Shown: positions 26,184-37,177, numbered from the stretch's first letter. The stretch is DNA of 64,000 bases from Candidatus Uhrbacteria bacterium (GCA_016844925.1 JAERTI010000043.1:133110-197109), one strand, 5' to 3'. Numbers and translations: made by a program. Notes: a model not told the origin generated them from the letters alone.

Positions 26184-26936
26184 ATGAGATATCTATTTAC
26201 GATGATGGTCGTCTTGATACTGATTGGAGCAGGTTGTGCAGGGGGAGGCGAATCGGTGATGGATAGCGCGACTGACGGTGTTCTGCCAAATACGTTTTAC
26301 GGGTACATGCATTGGACACACGAAGACCCGGGTCAGAATAATCTTCAGTGGACGGTGGGGCATGAGTCTGATGTCGTGCTCGAGTTTACGGGTTCTGGGA
26401 ATGGACGTTGGGATATCAGTGGTAGTGTTGTGGGAAACCCAGCGACCTACATCTGCTCCACCTCATCTCCTGAGGTTGGATGTGATCTAACCGACATCTC
26501 AGGAGGTCTGATAGAAGGAGAGGCGTTTGAGACGGGTGGTGCTCTTGCCGTGGAGCTCGGTTGGAAAAATGGCACCTACCCGATTGAGACCGGAACGTTG
26601 ATTATTCCAGCGCCACTTACAGAGATTGTTTCTGAGACTGAGCTTGCTGTCTTGAATACAGATCTCGTTAGTGAGTTCGTTGGGACACAATGGAGCTTGC
26701 CTCTTATGGGAGCGGTCTTTCTCGATGACGCCGCGATACTTGCTTCCGACCTCGAATCTGGCACCTACGCAGACGTCGAGCTCACCTACGGACTCCCGCC
26801 GACAGACCCGATCGTACGCGACTGGCAGGCGGAGGTAGCGGCAAAAACGTTTGCGGCACAGACGCCGCTGTATGGTGAAGGCTACGGGACGTTCTATCTC
26901 TTCGGTGGGCATCCAGATCTGACAGTTCTTCGGTAA
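26184..26936 (+). CDS. lipoprotein, hypothetical
   Basis: Signal peptide plus lipobox LIGAGC. Confidence 0.55.
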   Translation: MRYLFTMMVVLILIGAGCAGGGESVMDSATDGVLPNTFYGYMHWTHEDPGQNNLQWTVGHESDVVLEFTGSGNGRWDISGSVVGNPATYICSTSSPEVGCDLTDISGGLIEGEAFETGGALAVELGWKNGTYPIETGTLIIPAPLTEIVSETELAVLNTDLVSEFVGTQWSLPLMGAVFLDDAAILASDLESGTYADVELTYGLPPTDPIVRDWQAEVAAKTFAAQTPLYGEGYGTFYLFGGHPDLTVLR

Positions 26937-26974
26937 ATGGAGTGATTTTATCTGTAACAACAGAGGTGGAACAT

Positions 26975-28261
26975 ATGGTTAAGAAAAGACGAGGGCCCGA
27001 TCGGTCCGAGAGGATGAGGGCTCGGGTTGAGGTGTTCAAACCAGAAAGCACGCGGTTTGATCTTGAGGGTCAGCGTGTTGATCTCAAAACATTTCGTGTG
27101 ACCAATCTTGAGAATCCAACGCCTACGACACCGGGTTTGATGGAGACGGGAAAGGCCTCAGAGGTCATGGAGCAGCATCGGGATCGAAAAGATTTTGTGC
27201 ACCAGTTATTCGGAAAAGATCTCGTAAAGATTCCGTACACGCTGTTGCATGCTGATCAGAAGGGGTTGTTTGGTGATTTTTCTTCTCCAGAAGGGCAGGA
27301 TCTGTTTGCTGACGCAGATATGGTGATCGAGGATGGTGAGAATAGCTTGCCAGAATGGGCAACGGCCTTACATCGATTTGCCGAACTGAAACTTGGAAGA
27401 CGTTTCACCCTTGATGAGGAACTCACGGCCCTACGTGGTTTAGAACGCCGAGGAAAGTCCATGCGGTTTACGGTTGGAATGAGTCGTTATTCGCAAGCGT
27501 TTTTCAGCATGGGCTCAGAGGGGGTCCGGCTTGAGCTTACAGATGAAGATCGTCAGCGTCTCAAGGAGTCAGGATTTGATTCCAGTCATCTTGATGAGCT
27601 CGAAGGTCTTACAGACCTCCTGCAGGGAACCCATGGCGCCCGGACGATCCGAGAAGTGATCCAGAAGGAAACCGGTGGCCTTCCGGATTTTAATCAGCGT
27701 GTGCATCACTACTTATTAGGTGTTGCTGGGACGGTCCTGACACGTGATGGCGATGTGGTATTCGTGAATCGGGGTGCAGGTGTGTCTGTGAACCGTGGGA
27801 TTAACGTGACGGCCTCAGGGGGAGTGAAGTTTAAGAAAGACTATTTAGCGCGGCATGGACTACAGCGTCACCTGGGCAGGCAGATGCATGAAGAGGCACG
27901 AGAGGAAATTGGGTTGAAGTCTGGTGACTTGTTGCTTGGAGCCATGCAGGAACGTATTGCTCTTGAACTTGGCGTAGGGGAGTCGGAATACGATTTGGTG
28001 CCGGTGGGGATGGCGAGAGAACTCCCTCGTGGTGGGAGCCCAGAGGTGATGTTCATGATTCAGTTCCGTGGTGATACGCAGGATTTGGTGAATCGAATCG
28101 CTGGGAACACCCATGAGGATCGTTCTGAGATTGATAGTTTGGTGTATGCGTATCCCATGGAAGAAGTACGGAAGCTGTTGAAACAATCTGATGCCGAGCG
28201 GGTTGTGCAACACAAAGGGCTGCTTAACCTTATGATGATGGATCGGTACTTGTCTCAGTAG
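26975..28261 (+). CDS. hypothetical protein (possible degenerate Nudix-like C-terminal region)
   Basis: GAGGTGG RBS; ASGGVKF...EEAREEIGL. Confidence 0.4.
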   Translation: MVKKRRGPDRSERMRARVEVFKPESTRFDLEGQRVDLKTFRVTNLENPTPTTPGLMETGKASEVMEQHRDRKDFVHQLFGKDLVKIPYTLLHADQKGLFGDFSSPEGQDLFADADMVIEDGENSLPEWATALHRFAELKLGRRFTLDEELTALRGLERRGKSMRFTVGMSRYSQAFFSMGSEGVRLELTDEDRQRLKESGFDSSHLDELEGLTDLLQGTHGARTIREVIQKETGGLPDFNQRVHHYLLGVAGTVLTRDGDVVFVNRGAGVSVNRGINVTASGGVKFKKDYLARHGLQRHLGRQMHEEAREEIGLKSGDLLLGAMQERIALELGVGESEYDLVPVGMARELPRGGSPEVMFMIQFRGDTQDLVNRIAGNTHEDRSEIDSLVYAYPMEEVRKLLKQSDAERVVQHKGLLNLMMMDRYLSQ

Positions 28262-28287
28262 GTGAAGCGAAACAAGGTACGTATCTT

Positions 28288-28312
28288 AAAAAGATCCGTT
28301 TGGATCTTTTTT
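28288..28312. terminator. bidirectional terminator
   Basis: AAAAAGATCC-GTTT-GGATCTTTTTT. Confidence 0.7.
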
Positions 28313-28357
28313 GGTTGGAAAAGAAAAAACGCTGCGTGCCAGCGTCGAGGGTTCGTT

Positions 28358-29269
28358 CTAAGTCTGGGGCGAGAGCCTCTTTCCTAGGAGGTATCCAAGG
28401 AGCGCTCCTGGAAGAAGGGTCATGAGTGCCGGGACCGGCTGAGACGAAAGAAGCAGGATGGCCTCTGTGGCGACCCAGCCAAGGCTGATGCCGGCAAGGG
28501 TCGCTCCGACCACGTAGGTTCGTCTGGTTCCGCTCGGTGTCTGAAAGGCGAGGAGCATCCAGAAGCCGGGGAAGATGATGTCACCTAGCCCGATCATGGC
28601 AGAGGGTTCTGCCGTCAGGTTGAGTGAGCTTGGGACGGTGATGATCATGCTGTTGGTCGTGGGCTGTGCGGTCAGTTGTTCCGCGAGGTCGACCATGTAC
28701 CCCGTGCCGTAGACGTTGATCACGTCGTAGAAGAAGAAGCCAACAGAGAGGAAGAGCAGAACCCGGAAGGGGATCTTGCTGTACTGAATCAGGACAGAGC
28801 TCAGCATGAGGGTGGCCGCCAGTGCGCTGATGGGCCAGACCTCTGGAAGTAGCACGTGCAAAGCAGTAATGACCGTTGCTGCAGCGGTGCCCGCAACAGC
28901 TTGTGCGATAGACCCTTTGCTATTGAGCACATAGGCGAGGAGGTAGGTGATCAAGAACCATTCCAACGTGACCATGAAGGCCGTGATGAGTCCTTGCCAT
29001 CTAACCAAGAGGAAGGTGAGTCCTGCGAGCACGGCCGTCATGGCTATGGCTACGCATACAGCTCCGAGTGTCACCTGTGCGGACGGAGATGTTGTGGCGA
29101 TCTGGCGTGCTACGCGGTTTCCCCGGGGATGGATTAGTGCCCTCCAGAGGTGCACCCAGTCAACACGGGTTGCTGGATGAACGAGATTTGACTGTGCCAG
29201 GGTGCCCAGGCACAGGTAGTAGATGGGTACGAGAACCAGGGTCAGTAGCAAGCTGGGGACAATCGACAC
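28358..29269 (-). CDS. presenilin/signal-peptide-peptidase family (A22, GxGD) intramembrane aspartyl protease homolog
   Basis: YD (FFFYDV), GLGD (MIGLGDIIFPG) and PAL (QPVPALMTLLPGAL) motifs in successive TMs. Confidence 0.6.
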   Translation of the reverse strand: MSIVPSLLLTLVLVPIYYLCLGTLAQSNLVHPATRVDWVHLWRALIHPRGNRVARQIATTSPSAQVTLGAVCVAIAMTAVLAGLTFLLVRWQGLITAFMVTLEWFLITYLLAYVLNSKGSIAQAVAGTAAATVITALHVLLPEVWPISALAATLMLSSVLIQYSKIPFRVLLFLSVGFFFYDVINVYGTGYMVDLAEQLTAQPTTNSMIITVPSSLNLTAEPSAMIGLGDIIFPGFWMLLAFQTPSGTRRTYVVGATLAGISLGWVATEAILLLSSQPVPALMTLLPGALLGYLLGKRLSPQT

Positions 29270-29388
29270 GGCTCACCTCCTTCGAAGCGCAGCCTGACCG
29301 TAGTGTGTTGGAGGAGAGTTGTCAAAAAGCGGCTTGTTTTGTGGGTGATCGATGGTTGTGCTACGGTCGCCTTCCAGGAGGAACGGCC

Positions 29389-30180
29389 ATGATGCTTGTT
29401 CAAGGATTGCGCGTGTATCCCATCAAGGGGTGCCGTGGCGTCAATGTGACGCAGTTGCAGATCGGGCCCAGTGGCCCCGCGCTTGACCGGCAGTGGATGT
29501 TGGTTGAGCCAAACGGTCGACGTGTGAGTCAGCGGCGCTTTCCGCAGCTGACGCAGGTGCATGTACGGATCGAGGATCCCAGACGCATCCTGATTCATCG
29601 CGCGGGTTCGCGCGGAAGGGTGCGGATTCATACGAACGCCCGTGGTCCGAGCTGTGAGGCTCGGATGCCGGGGGTGAGCGTGGATGCAGAAGACCTTGGC
29701 GATGATGTGGCGAACTGGTTCTCGGACATCGTTGGTCGCCCTGTGCGGCTCGTTCGCAAGGGGAAGCGAGCGCGCTACTCGCCTGGTGGTGAGGTGCACG
29801 GTGGACTCACGGAGCTTCGGTTCGCTGATGTGTACCCACTGCTAGTGGCAGCGCTGGAGTCGCTCGCATGGCTGAACACCTTTCTGGTCATGCCGGCGTT
29901 CATGGATCAGTTCCGTCCCAACATCATCCTCACGGGCGGCATGCCGTTTGATGAGGATCGACTGAAGCAGTTCCAGATCGGTGGGGTGCGCCTTGCTGGC
30001 GGGAGCCTGTGTCACCGCTGCGGGGTCGTGAATGTTGATCAGCTGACGGGTCAGAAGAATCCGGAAGTGCTGGAGCTGCTTTGCCAGGTCCGCATGATCG
30101 GAGGGAAGCCCCGGTTCGGTCTCAACGTTGACCATCTTTCTACCGGCACCATCGCCGTGGGCCAGGAGCTGCAGACATGA
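29389..30180 (+). CDS. MOSC domain-containing protein (YcbX-like)
   Basis: LRVYPIKGCRG beta-barrel start and FRPNIIL MOSC motif. Confidence 0.65.
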   Translation: MMLVQGLRVYPIKGCRGVNVTQLQIGPSGPALDRQWMLVEPNGRRVSQRRFPQLTQVHVRIEDPRRILIHRAGSRGRVRIHTNARGPSCEARMPGVSVDAEDLGDDVANWFSDIVGRPVRLVRKGKRARYSPGGEVHGGLTELRFADVYPLLVAALESLAWLNTFLVMPAFMDQFRPNIILTGGMPFDEDRLKQFQIGGVRLAGGSLCHRCGVVNVDQLTGQKNPEVLELLCQVRMIGGKPRFGLNVDHLSTGTIAVGQELQT

Positions 30181-30488
30181 AAGAGGCATTCAAGGAGATC
30201 CTCGAGCAGATTGCCAAGCGGTGCGCTCGTCATGAGACGCTGACGGGTAGGCTCACGCTGGGTCTCTCGCTCCTCATCGGCGTCATCGGCTTCCCGCTCC
30301 AGATCTACAAGAACTGGGTGGAGCAATCCTGCGGCATCGACGTCTGGATCATCGTCTTCGCCGTGCTGATGTACATCGTCCGCATTCCGTACCTTAGCGG
30401 CAAGCGCGCCTGGTACCTGATCCCCACGGAGTTCATCGGACTCCTCTCAACATCCATCCTGCTGTGGCAGTGGTGGAACTACACGTGA
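30177..30488 (+). CDS. small 3-TM PQ-loop/SemiSWEET-like membrane protein
   Basis: GFPLQIYKNW PQ-loop-like motif in TM1; ATGA overlap. Confidence 0.4.
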   Translation: MKEAFKEILEQIAKRCARHETLTGRLTLGLSLLIGVIGFPLQIYKNWVEQSCGIDVWIIVFAVLMYIVRIPYLSGKRAWYLIPTEFIGLLSTSILLWQWWNYT

Positions 30489-30552
30489 TCACACCTTCGA
30501 GTGTGATTTTTCTTTTGCCTTCAAATAAAAATCCCTGTCGTGAGTGACAGGG

Positions 30553-31376
30553 TTACGCGAGCCTGCGGAGCATCGCGATGCGTTCGTTGACCGAGGGGTG
30601 CGTTCGCAGTGGGCCGTTGCGGTCGCGAGCGAACGGCTTGCGGCCGTGTGCTTCGTCGATGTACGTGTGTTCACGCAGCAGGGAGGTGAGCAGGGCGCAG
30701 AAGGCATCGACATCTCCATTCAATGCCACGATGAACGCGTCGGCGCAGCGTTCGTTCTCCCGCTGGCTCATGACGAAGAGCCATTCGAAGGGGAGGAACA
30801 GACCCCTGAGGACACCCGCCACCAGACGACCAGCTCGCCCGTACTTGTGCGGGAGCGCGAGGATCTTCAGAAAGAATTTGGTGGGCATCATGACCCACTG
30901 CAGGGACCAGTTGTTTGGGCAGTAGTGGTGCCCGAGCTCGTGGGCGATGACCGTAGCGGCCTGCGCCTCGTCCACCAGCGACAGCAGGGATTCTGAGACG
31001 AGGATCTGAATGCCGTTGCCGTTGCTGTTGATGATTGCGGCCGTGGGCCGCGGTCTGCTGAAGACTTCGAAGCGGATGTCTTCCGGGGCGTGTGTCAGAT
31101 CCAAACGCGTGAGGACGTCTTGGAATCGCTCAGCTTCTTCTTCTGTTGGTTCGCGAGTGCGGACCAGCTTGAGTGCCTGCCGCTGAATCAGGGCGAGGGC
31201 TCCTTGCGGGATCACGATCAGGAGCATGATTCCGAGGATCATCCCCGGGAGACCCAGAAGGATGCTGGCCAGACCAATGAGGGTCAGGTAGCTCAGCCCC
31301 AGCATCAACGAAAGGACAATGGAGTTCCGTCCATGGCGTCGCCAGGCACGAAAGGCCCGGTGTTGTCTGTTATTCA
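30553..31376 (-). CDS. M48-family Zn metalloprotease (HtpX-like)
   Basis: HELGHH and HPSVNERI motifs; TTG start after GGAGG. Confidence 0.7.
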
Positions 31377-31512
31377 AAGCGTACCTCCAGATTTCGATCC
31401 TATGAGGTTGAGAGTTTTCCGTCAATGAAACAGAGGGTGGTTTTGTTTGACAGAAGACGTGAGATCCCGTTAACTCCCAGCGCCTTGATTGCTTACCGGA
31501 GGTACAGGCAAG

Positions 31513-32969
31513 TGAATACCAGGACCTTGACATTCGACGCCGAGGGCGTCCCAATCCACCCACGGGCCTATCGGTTCAGGCGGTTCCTCAACTGGTTCCC
31601 GTTGGGGCTCGGCTACGCCAGCCTCATGTTCATGCGCTACAGCCTGAACCCAGCCAAGAGTGCGTTGGGTGACCAGCTGATGGACATCAAGGAGTTCGGC
31701 TTCATCTTCGGGATGGGCGCGTTCTTCTACTTCATCGGCTTCATGGTCAACGGCCCGCTGGTCGACCGCAAGGGCGGCCGCTGGGGCATGATCACCGGCG
31801 TCGGTGGGGCCATGACGGCCAACCTGCTGATGGCGCTGTGCATCTACGGCGTGATGGTCCTAGGCTGGACCCTGCCGCTGTTCTGGGCGCTGCTGATCCT
31901 CTACTCGATCAACATGTTCTTCCAGTCGCTGGGGGCCATGTCCATCGTGACTACCAAGATGCCGTGGTTCCACGTGCGAGAGCGCGGGACCTTCGGCACC
32001 ATCTTCGGCATCATGATCTCGCTGGGCATCTACTTCGCCTTCGATTGGGGCTACGCGATCCGGTCGGCCACCCGTGCGGTGGTCGATGTCGGTGAGCTCT
32101 CCATGACCGAGCGTGTTTTCCAGTGGCTGCTGCAGTCGGGCAACACGGGTGTCGACCAGAACTGGTGGATGTTCCTGTTCCCTGCGCTGTTCGCCGTCCC
32201 CTGGCTGGTGCTGATGATCGCGTTCCTGCGCAACAGGCCCAGTGACACGCTGAAGTTCAAGGACTTCGAGACCGGTGACCAGCAGGTCGCTGAGCGCACG
32301 CTCACGCTCCGCGAGATGTTCGACAAGATCTTCAATGATCCCCAGCATCGCGTGCTGTTGATCATCTGCGCGATCGAGTTCTGCTCGGGCGTGGTGCGCA
32401 ACGGCGTGTTCCAGTACTACCCGCAGTTCGCGCAGTCCGTGGGTTTCTACAAGGACTTCTTCCTGACGGCCAACTGGGGCCTGTGCCTGATGATCTGCGG
32501 CATCACCGGTGGCTTGCTCACCGGCTGGATCTCGGACAAGTTCTTCGGCTCCCGCCGCGGACCCATGGTGATGTTCCTCTACGGGTTCATGACCGTGGCC
32601 ATGATCATGATCCTGATCTCGCTCACGTCCAACGCGCCGGGCGCGGGAGCGATGATGACCGGCATCGGCGTGCTGATCATCGCCACGAGCATCATCGGTG
32701 TTCACGGGATCCTCTCGGGAACCGCCGCTGGCGACTTCTCCGGCACGAAGAACACGGGCAAGGCCGTGGGCATCGTCGACGGAGCCGTCTACGTCGGCAC
32801 CGGCATCCACTCCGTCGTCATGGGCTTCTTCCTGAGCACGGGAGAGGCGGCCTCGGATCCGGCAGCCTGGTACGCCTGGCCGGTGGTCATCATTCCCTTC
32901 GTGGTGATCGGCGCGGTGCTCTCGCTCAAGATCTACCACGCCTTCCCCAAGTCAGGAGGCGGCCACTGA
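31513..32969 (+). CDS. MFS transporter
   Basis: 12 TM pattern, GC-rich; start uncertain (ORF opens at 31425). Confidence 0.65.
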
Positions 32970-33157
32970 GGGAGTGGCACACGGCAGGGTTACACCCCTG
33001 CGGAGTCTCAAGCGAGACTCCTTTTTTGTTGTCATTAAGGGGATTGGGTGCGTTGAATCCCTTGACAAACAGGCTCAATTGCGTACACTCGCGGCGCATG
33101 CGAGCGGGAATCCAGCAGTGAGGTTGGCCTGTAGAGTATGTGCAAAAAGGAAGAGAA

Positions 33158-35113
33158 ATGCGTGCGCGCATGAGTGTTGTGTCTCTGGTGCTTCTTGGTG
33201 CCTGCAGTGGGAAGGGAGACTGCCCCGCTGGCTTGGGTCACTGTGACACCGGAGCGGTCGTGAATCCGCCTACGGATGTCGATGGAGATGGCTACACCTT
33301 CGTCGATGACTGCGACGACAACAACCCGGATGTGAACCCCGGGGCGACCGAAGTCGAGTGCAACGACATCGACGACGACTGCTTCGAGGGAACGCCCGAC
33401 CACCTCGATGCTGATCGAGACGGGTACAACACCTGTGAGGATCTCGACATGTTCCCCAAGGGGGGTGACTGCGACGACGGTGACGATAGCGTCTACCTCG
33501 GCGCCGAAGAGCTCTGTGACGGTGTCGACAACAACTGTGACGGCGATGTGGACGAAGGAGGTCCCTGGTACCCCGATGCCGACGGTGATCGCTACGGCGA
33601 TGGCACGCAGGCTTCGGCCAGTACTTGCGACAGCTCGACGGCCAGCTACGCCTCCGGTGGGACCGACTGCGATGACAGCGACCCGGACACCTATCCGGGT
33701 GCGGCCAAGCAGGACAGCACCACCGCGTGCATGACCGATATCGATGGAGACGACTACGGCAGCGATGCGCCCGCCAGTGGGGTGACTGCCGGCACGGACT
33801 GCAACGACGACAACGAGAACACGAACATCGCCAGCGGCTACAACGAGTCGGACCCCGGTGCCTGCATGAAGGACACGGACTTCGATGGCTACGGCGACTC
33901 GGGCTCGGGAGAGGGTGTCACCGCCGGCACCGACTGTCAGGACTACGACGAAGACATCCACCCGGGTGCCTACGACGAGTGCTTCGACGGTGTCGACAGC
34001 GACTGCGACGGCATGGACGAGGAGGACTGCGAGTGTCCCGGCGAGCTCATTGGCTCCTGGAACACGGACAGTGAAACCGAGGGCATCGAGTGGTGGATCT
34101 CAGACAACGGCGTGTGCGCCTGGATGGTGGACCGCTGGGACTACTGGGGCAACTATCACGACACCGATGAGATCGACTACGACCGCAACGTCGAGGACCT
34201 GAGCTTCCAGCTCTCCTTGGTGGGCTTCCTCTCCGAGGATCTGACCATCGCGGTCGGGAGCTGGGATGTCGATGGCGTGGCGTTCACCGAAGGTGGCACC
34301 ATGTACATCGCCAACACGGTCGATGAGTCCGTGACCCCCACGCCCGACCATGACGTCCGCGGCGGCGCGGCCGTTGCCTACCACGACTCCAGTACGGGCG
34401 TGGTCGAGGTGCTCCTCTACGCCGAGTACGAGTCCTACGACCCCACGGCCTACCTGGTGGGAACCTTCGTGGATGCCGCGACGCTCTCGCTCGCGGTCGC
34501 CGATGGGGACCTGCTCTACGGGGCGGGCAACAGCGGCTTCGATGGCAACTGCGGGACCTGGACGGATCTGAGTGGCTCCATGAACTGGACGCTCTCGGGT
34601 TCCTACAGCGAGTCCAACTGGTGTCCGGCAACCACCTACTGGTGTGAGACGGCTGCTGGCTACGAAGGCGACGTACTCGGTCTGGGTACTGGTCAGTGGG
34701 AATGTCCCGAGGGCGCAGCCCAGGGCAAGGCCTACGTGAGTGAGCACGGGTCGCGCTACGTGCGCGGCACCACCCCCGGCTACCAGTGGATGGATCCGGC
34801 GGTGCTGCAGGTGCTCTTCGAGACCTTCGAGCAGGTGCGCGACATGACGCCCGAGCAGCAACGTGCCTGGGCGCGGCTCATGGCCAAGAACATCGACGAT
34901 CCGGCTTCGCGCGAGCTGGCCGTGCTCCAGATGGATGTCGGTGTCCTGCTCTACGACACCAACGAGGACTTCCGCGCGGAGATCGACGCGCTCTACCTCG
35001 ATGGCGTGAGCAGTGACTACACGGACGAGAGTCTCTACTTCCGTCTGCTCCGCACGCTCTTCAAGTACAACCTCCCCCGCAAGAAGGTGGCAGGCCCCCC
35101 GCCCGCCAACTAG
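33158..35113 (+). CDS. lipoprotein with repeated Cys/Asp-rich 'putative metal-binding motif' modules (myxobacterial type)
   Basis: Lipobox LLGAC; more than 8 repeats of DxDGDGY...DCDDxDxxxxPGAxExCDGxDNxCDG. Confidence 0.65.
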   Translation: MRARMSVVSLVLLGACSGKGDCPAGLGHCDTGAVVNPPTDVDGDGYTFVDDCDDNNPDVNPGATEVECNDIDDDCFEGTPDHLDADRDGYNTCEDLDMFPKGGDCDDGDDSVYLGAEELCDGVDNNCDGDVDEGGPWYPDADGDRYGDGTQASASTCDSSTASYASGGTDCDDSDPDTYPGAAKQDSTTACMTDIDGDDYGSDAPASGVTAGTDCNDDNENTNIASGYNESDPGACMKDTDFDGYGDSGSGEGVTAGTDCQDYDEDIHPGAYDECFDGVDSDCDGMDEEDCECPGELIGSWNTDSETEGIEWWISDNGVCAWMVDRWDYWGNYHDTDEIDYDRNVEDLSFQLSLVGFLSEDLTIAVGSWDVDGVAFTEGGTMYIANTVDESVTPTPDHDVRGGAAVAYHDSSTGVVEVLLYAEYESYDPTAYLVGTFVDAATLSLAVADGDLLYGAGNSGFDGNCGTWTDLSGSMNWTLSGSYSESNWCPATTYWCETAAGYEGDVLGLGTGQWECPEGAAQGKAYVSEHGSRYVRGTTPGYQWMDPAVLQVLFETFEQVRDMTPEQQRAWARLMAKNIDDPASRELAVLQMDVGVLLYDTNEDFRAEIDALYLDGVSSDYTDESLYFRLLRTLFKYNLPRKKVAGPPPAN

Positions 35114-35133
35114 CGGAACGAGCGCTCCGGCGC

Positions 35134-35159
35134 TGCCGTGCATACGTGCACGGCTTTTT
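35134..35159 (+). terminator. rho-independent terminator
   Basis: GCCGTGCATACGTGCACGGC-TTTTT. Confidence 0.75.
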
Positions 35160-35293
35160 GATAGACAAAGAAAAAATCCCTCAAGGGCAGCAGGGGTCAG
35201 AGTTTGCCTTGAGCATGGAGTTGTTTCAGGGTTCAGCATTGGGGATAAGCCCGGTCTGTTATCATGGCTCTACAATTCTTAACCTTTGAGTGT

Positions 35294-37168
35294 ATGAACA
35301 CGACGTTTCAATTAAGAGTCACGTTTTTACTTGCCGTATTAGCGGCGTTTTCCGTATTTCTCCCGTCAGTAGTAAATGCGGCATCGATCTCCGTGACCAC
35401 AACCCAAGATGAATTTGTTGTAGACGGAGATTGTTCTTTGCGTGAAGCTATTTACGCAGCAAACACCGATCAAGCCTATGATCAGTGTGCCGCCGGGTCT
35501 GGGGCAGATACGATTCAAGTTCCTGCAGGAACCTACGTCTTGAATCTCGCTCCGCAGGGGCAGGATGATGATATTGGTCAGATTGGGGATTTAGATATTT
35601 ACTCCGACATCGAGATTATTGGTGCAGGTATTGGTGCCACCATCATTGATTCTCAGTTGACCTCCTTTGGTATCGAGACTATTCCCTCGACATCAGCCCG
35701 CCTGCGACTACATAATCTTGAGGCACGTTATGTGAAGAGTCGAGTTCAGGCAGATTATTCTGGGACGACATTCGGAACAATGGAGCTCGACACGGTACAT
35801 TGGAAAGAAGCTGATATTTATTCGCTCGAGCATGCTCAGGTGATGGCGGTGGCAACGTTATTTGAGGGGACTGGTGCAGAAGGAATGTACGTTTCTGGAG
35901 CTCAGGTTCTTTTTGATACGGTGACGGTCCATAACTTTGATCTTGATATGGGTGTGGGTACCGATTCGGCGGGGCTATTAACCATTGATAGTTATCTGGA
36001 TATTTCAGATTCGCTTATTGAAGCAAATGGTGATAGTGGAATTAAGCTGGCACACCAAAATCCGTACAGCTTCTCAGCACGTGCATATCTCCGAGTTCGC
36101 ACGTCAACTATTACAAATAATCAGCACTCTGGAATCTGGAATACGGCCGGTGAGATCATGATAGAAGATACGATATTGAGTTTTAATGGTGACCCTGCAG
36201 GTTGGGGTGGGGGAATTGAGAACCGTGCAGGAGGAAAGGTTCATCTTGTTCGCACACAGGTGATGAATAACATTGCTCGAGAAGGTGGTGGTATCTACAA
36301 CGGTGAGTCACACATGGTGAACGGAGTGTTGGTTACGCCGGAGGTGACTATTGAGGATGGTTCGATTATCGCTTCCAATATCGTGACGAGTAACTCCTTT
36401 GGAGGGGGTCATGGTGGAGGTATTTACAATGAAGGTATGGTGTCCCTGATGGAGTCAACGGTTGCAGATAACATGGCTGAATATTTTGGTGGAGGTATCT
36501 ATAACCGAGTTCCTGACGACATTACTCACTACACTTACTCAGAAGAAAGCCCGTGGGAGATTACTGTGACGACGGTGCTTGATCCGGACATTGATTCTTT
36601 TGTGACGGTCGATCAGTCTACAATCTCAGGAAATGATGCCCTTCGTGGTGGAGCGCTCTATAACTGGAGCCGGGCTTCGTTTGTGAATAGTACGGTGAGT
36701 GGAAACTCAGCGGTTTCCAATAGTGGAGGTATCTATAACTACACTGCTGATGCCCTGACAGACATTGATTTCAGTACGATTACCAGCAACACCGGAGGGC
36801 TCTACAACATGGGATCTGCGTTCAATATTCAAAATAGTATTGTTGCCATGAATAGTGGTGCTGACTGTGCAGGGACACAATCTGGGTGGCAGTCTATGGG
36901 ATCGAATCTTGAGAGTGGAACAAGTTGTAACTTTACGCAGTTTGGTGACTTGCAGAATACAAACCCACAGCTTGGTGCCTTGCAGATGAACGGCGGAAAG
37001 ACCGAGACCCACGCTTTAACGTTTGGTAGTCCGGCGATCGATGCTGTGCAGAACCCCACGATGATTACGTGGGATCAGCGCGGAGAGGTTCGTCCAAAGG
37101 ATGGTAATTACGACGGGTCGCTTGATGAAGATATCGGGGCCTATGAGTATTGGTCTTGGCACGAGTAA
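35294..37168 (+). CDS. secreted CSLREA-domain protein with parallel beta-helix repeats
   Basis: Signal peptide; DGDCSLREAIYAANTD motif; repeated GGGIYN beta-helix turns. Confidence 0.65.
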   Translation: MNTTFQLRVTFLLAVLAAFSVFLPSVVNAASISVTTTQDEFVVDGDCSLREAIYAANTDQAYDQCAAGSGADTIQVPAGTYVLNLAPQGQDDDIGQIGDLDIYSDIEIIGAGIGATIIDSQLTSFGIETIPSTSARLRLHNLEARYVKSRVQADYSGTTFGTMELDTVHWKEADIYSLEHAQVMAVATLFEGTGAEGMYVSGAQVLFDTVTVHNFDLDMGVGTDSAGLLTIDSYLDISDSLIEANGDSGIKLAHQNPYSFSARAYLRVRTSTITNNQHSGIWNTAGEIMIEDTILSFNGDPAGWGGGIENRAGGKVHLVRTQVMNNIAREGGGIYNGESHMVNGVLVTPEVTIEDGSIIASNIVTSNSFGGGHGGGIYNEGMVSLMESTVADNMAEYFGGGIYNRVPDDITHYTYSEESPWEITVTTVLDPDIDSFVTVDQSTISGNDALRGGALYNWSRASFVNSTVSGNSAVSNSGGIYNYTADALTDIDFSTITSNTGGLYNMGSAFNIQNSIVAMNSGADCAGTQSGWQSMGSNLESGTSCNFTQFGDLQNTNPQLGALQMNGGKTETHALTFGSPAIDAVQNPTMITWDQRGEVRPKDGNYDGSLDEDIGAYEYWSWHE

Positions 37169-37177
37169 CTGATCGAG

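Noticed and set aside
31860-32939. 359-aa minus-strand ORF antisense to the MFS transporter, plus a 212-aa + ORF at 32483..33121
   Set aside because: His/Arg/Asp-rich low-complexity translations of a 65% GC gene; the MFS frame has coherent TM periodicity.
33035-35239. 308-aa and 379-aa minus-strand ORFs antisense to the Cys/Asp-repeat lipoprotein, plus several + shadow ORFs
   Set aside because: Val/Gly/Arg-rich artefacts of GC-rich repeats. The lipoprotein frame carries a recognisable repeat family, a signal peptide and a lipobox.
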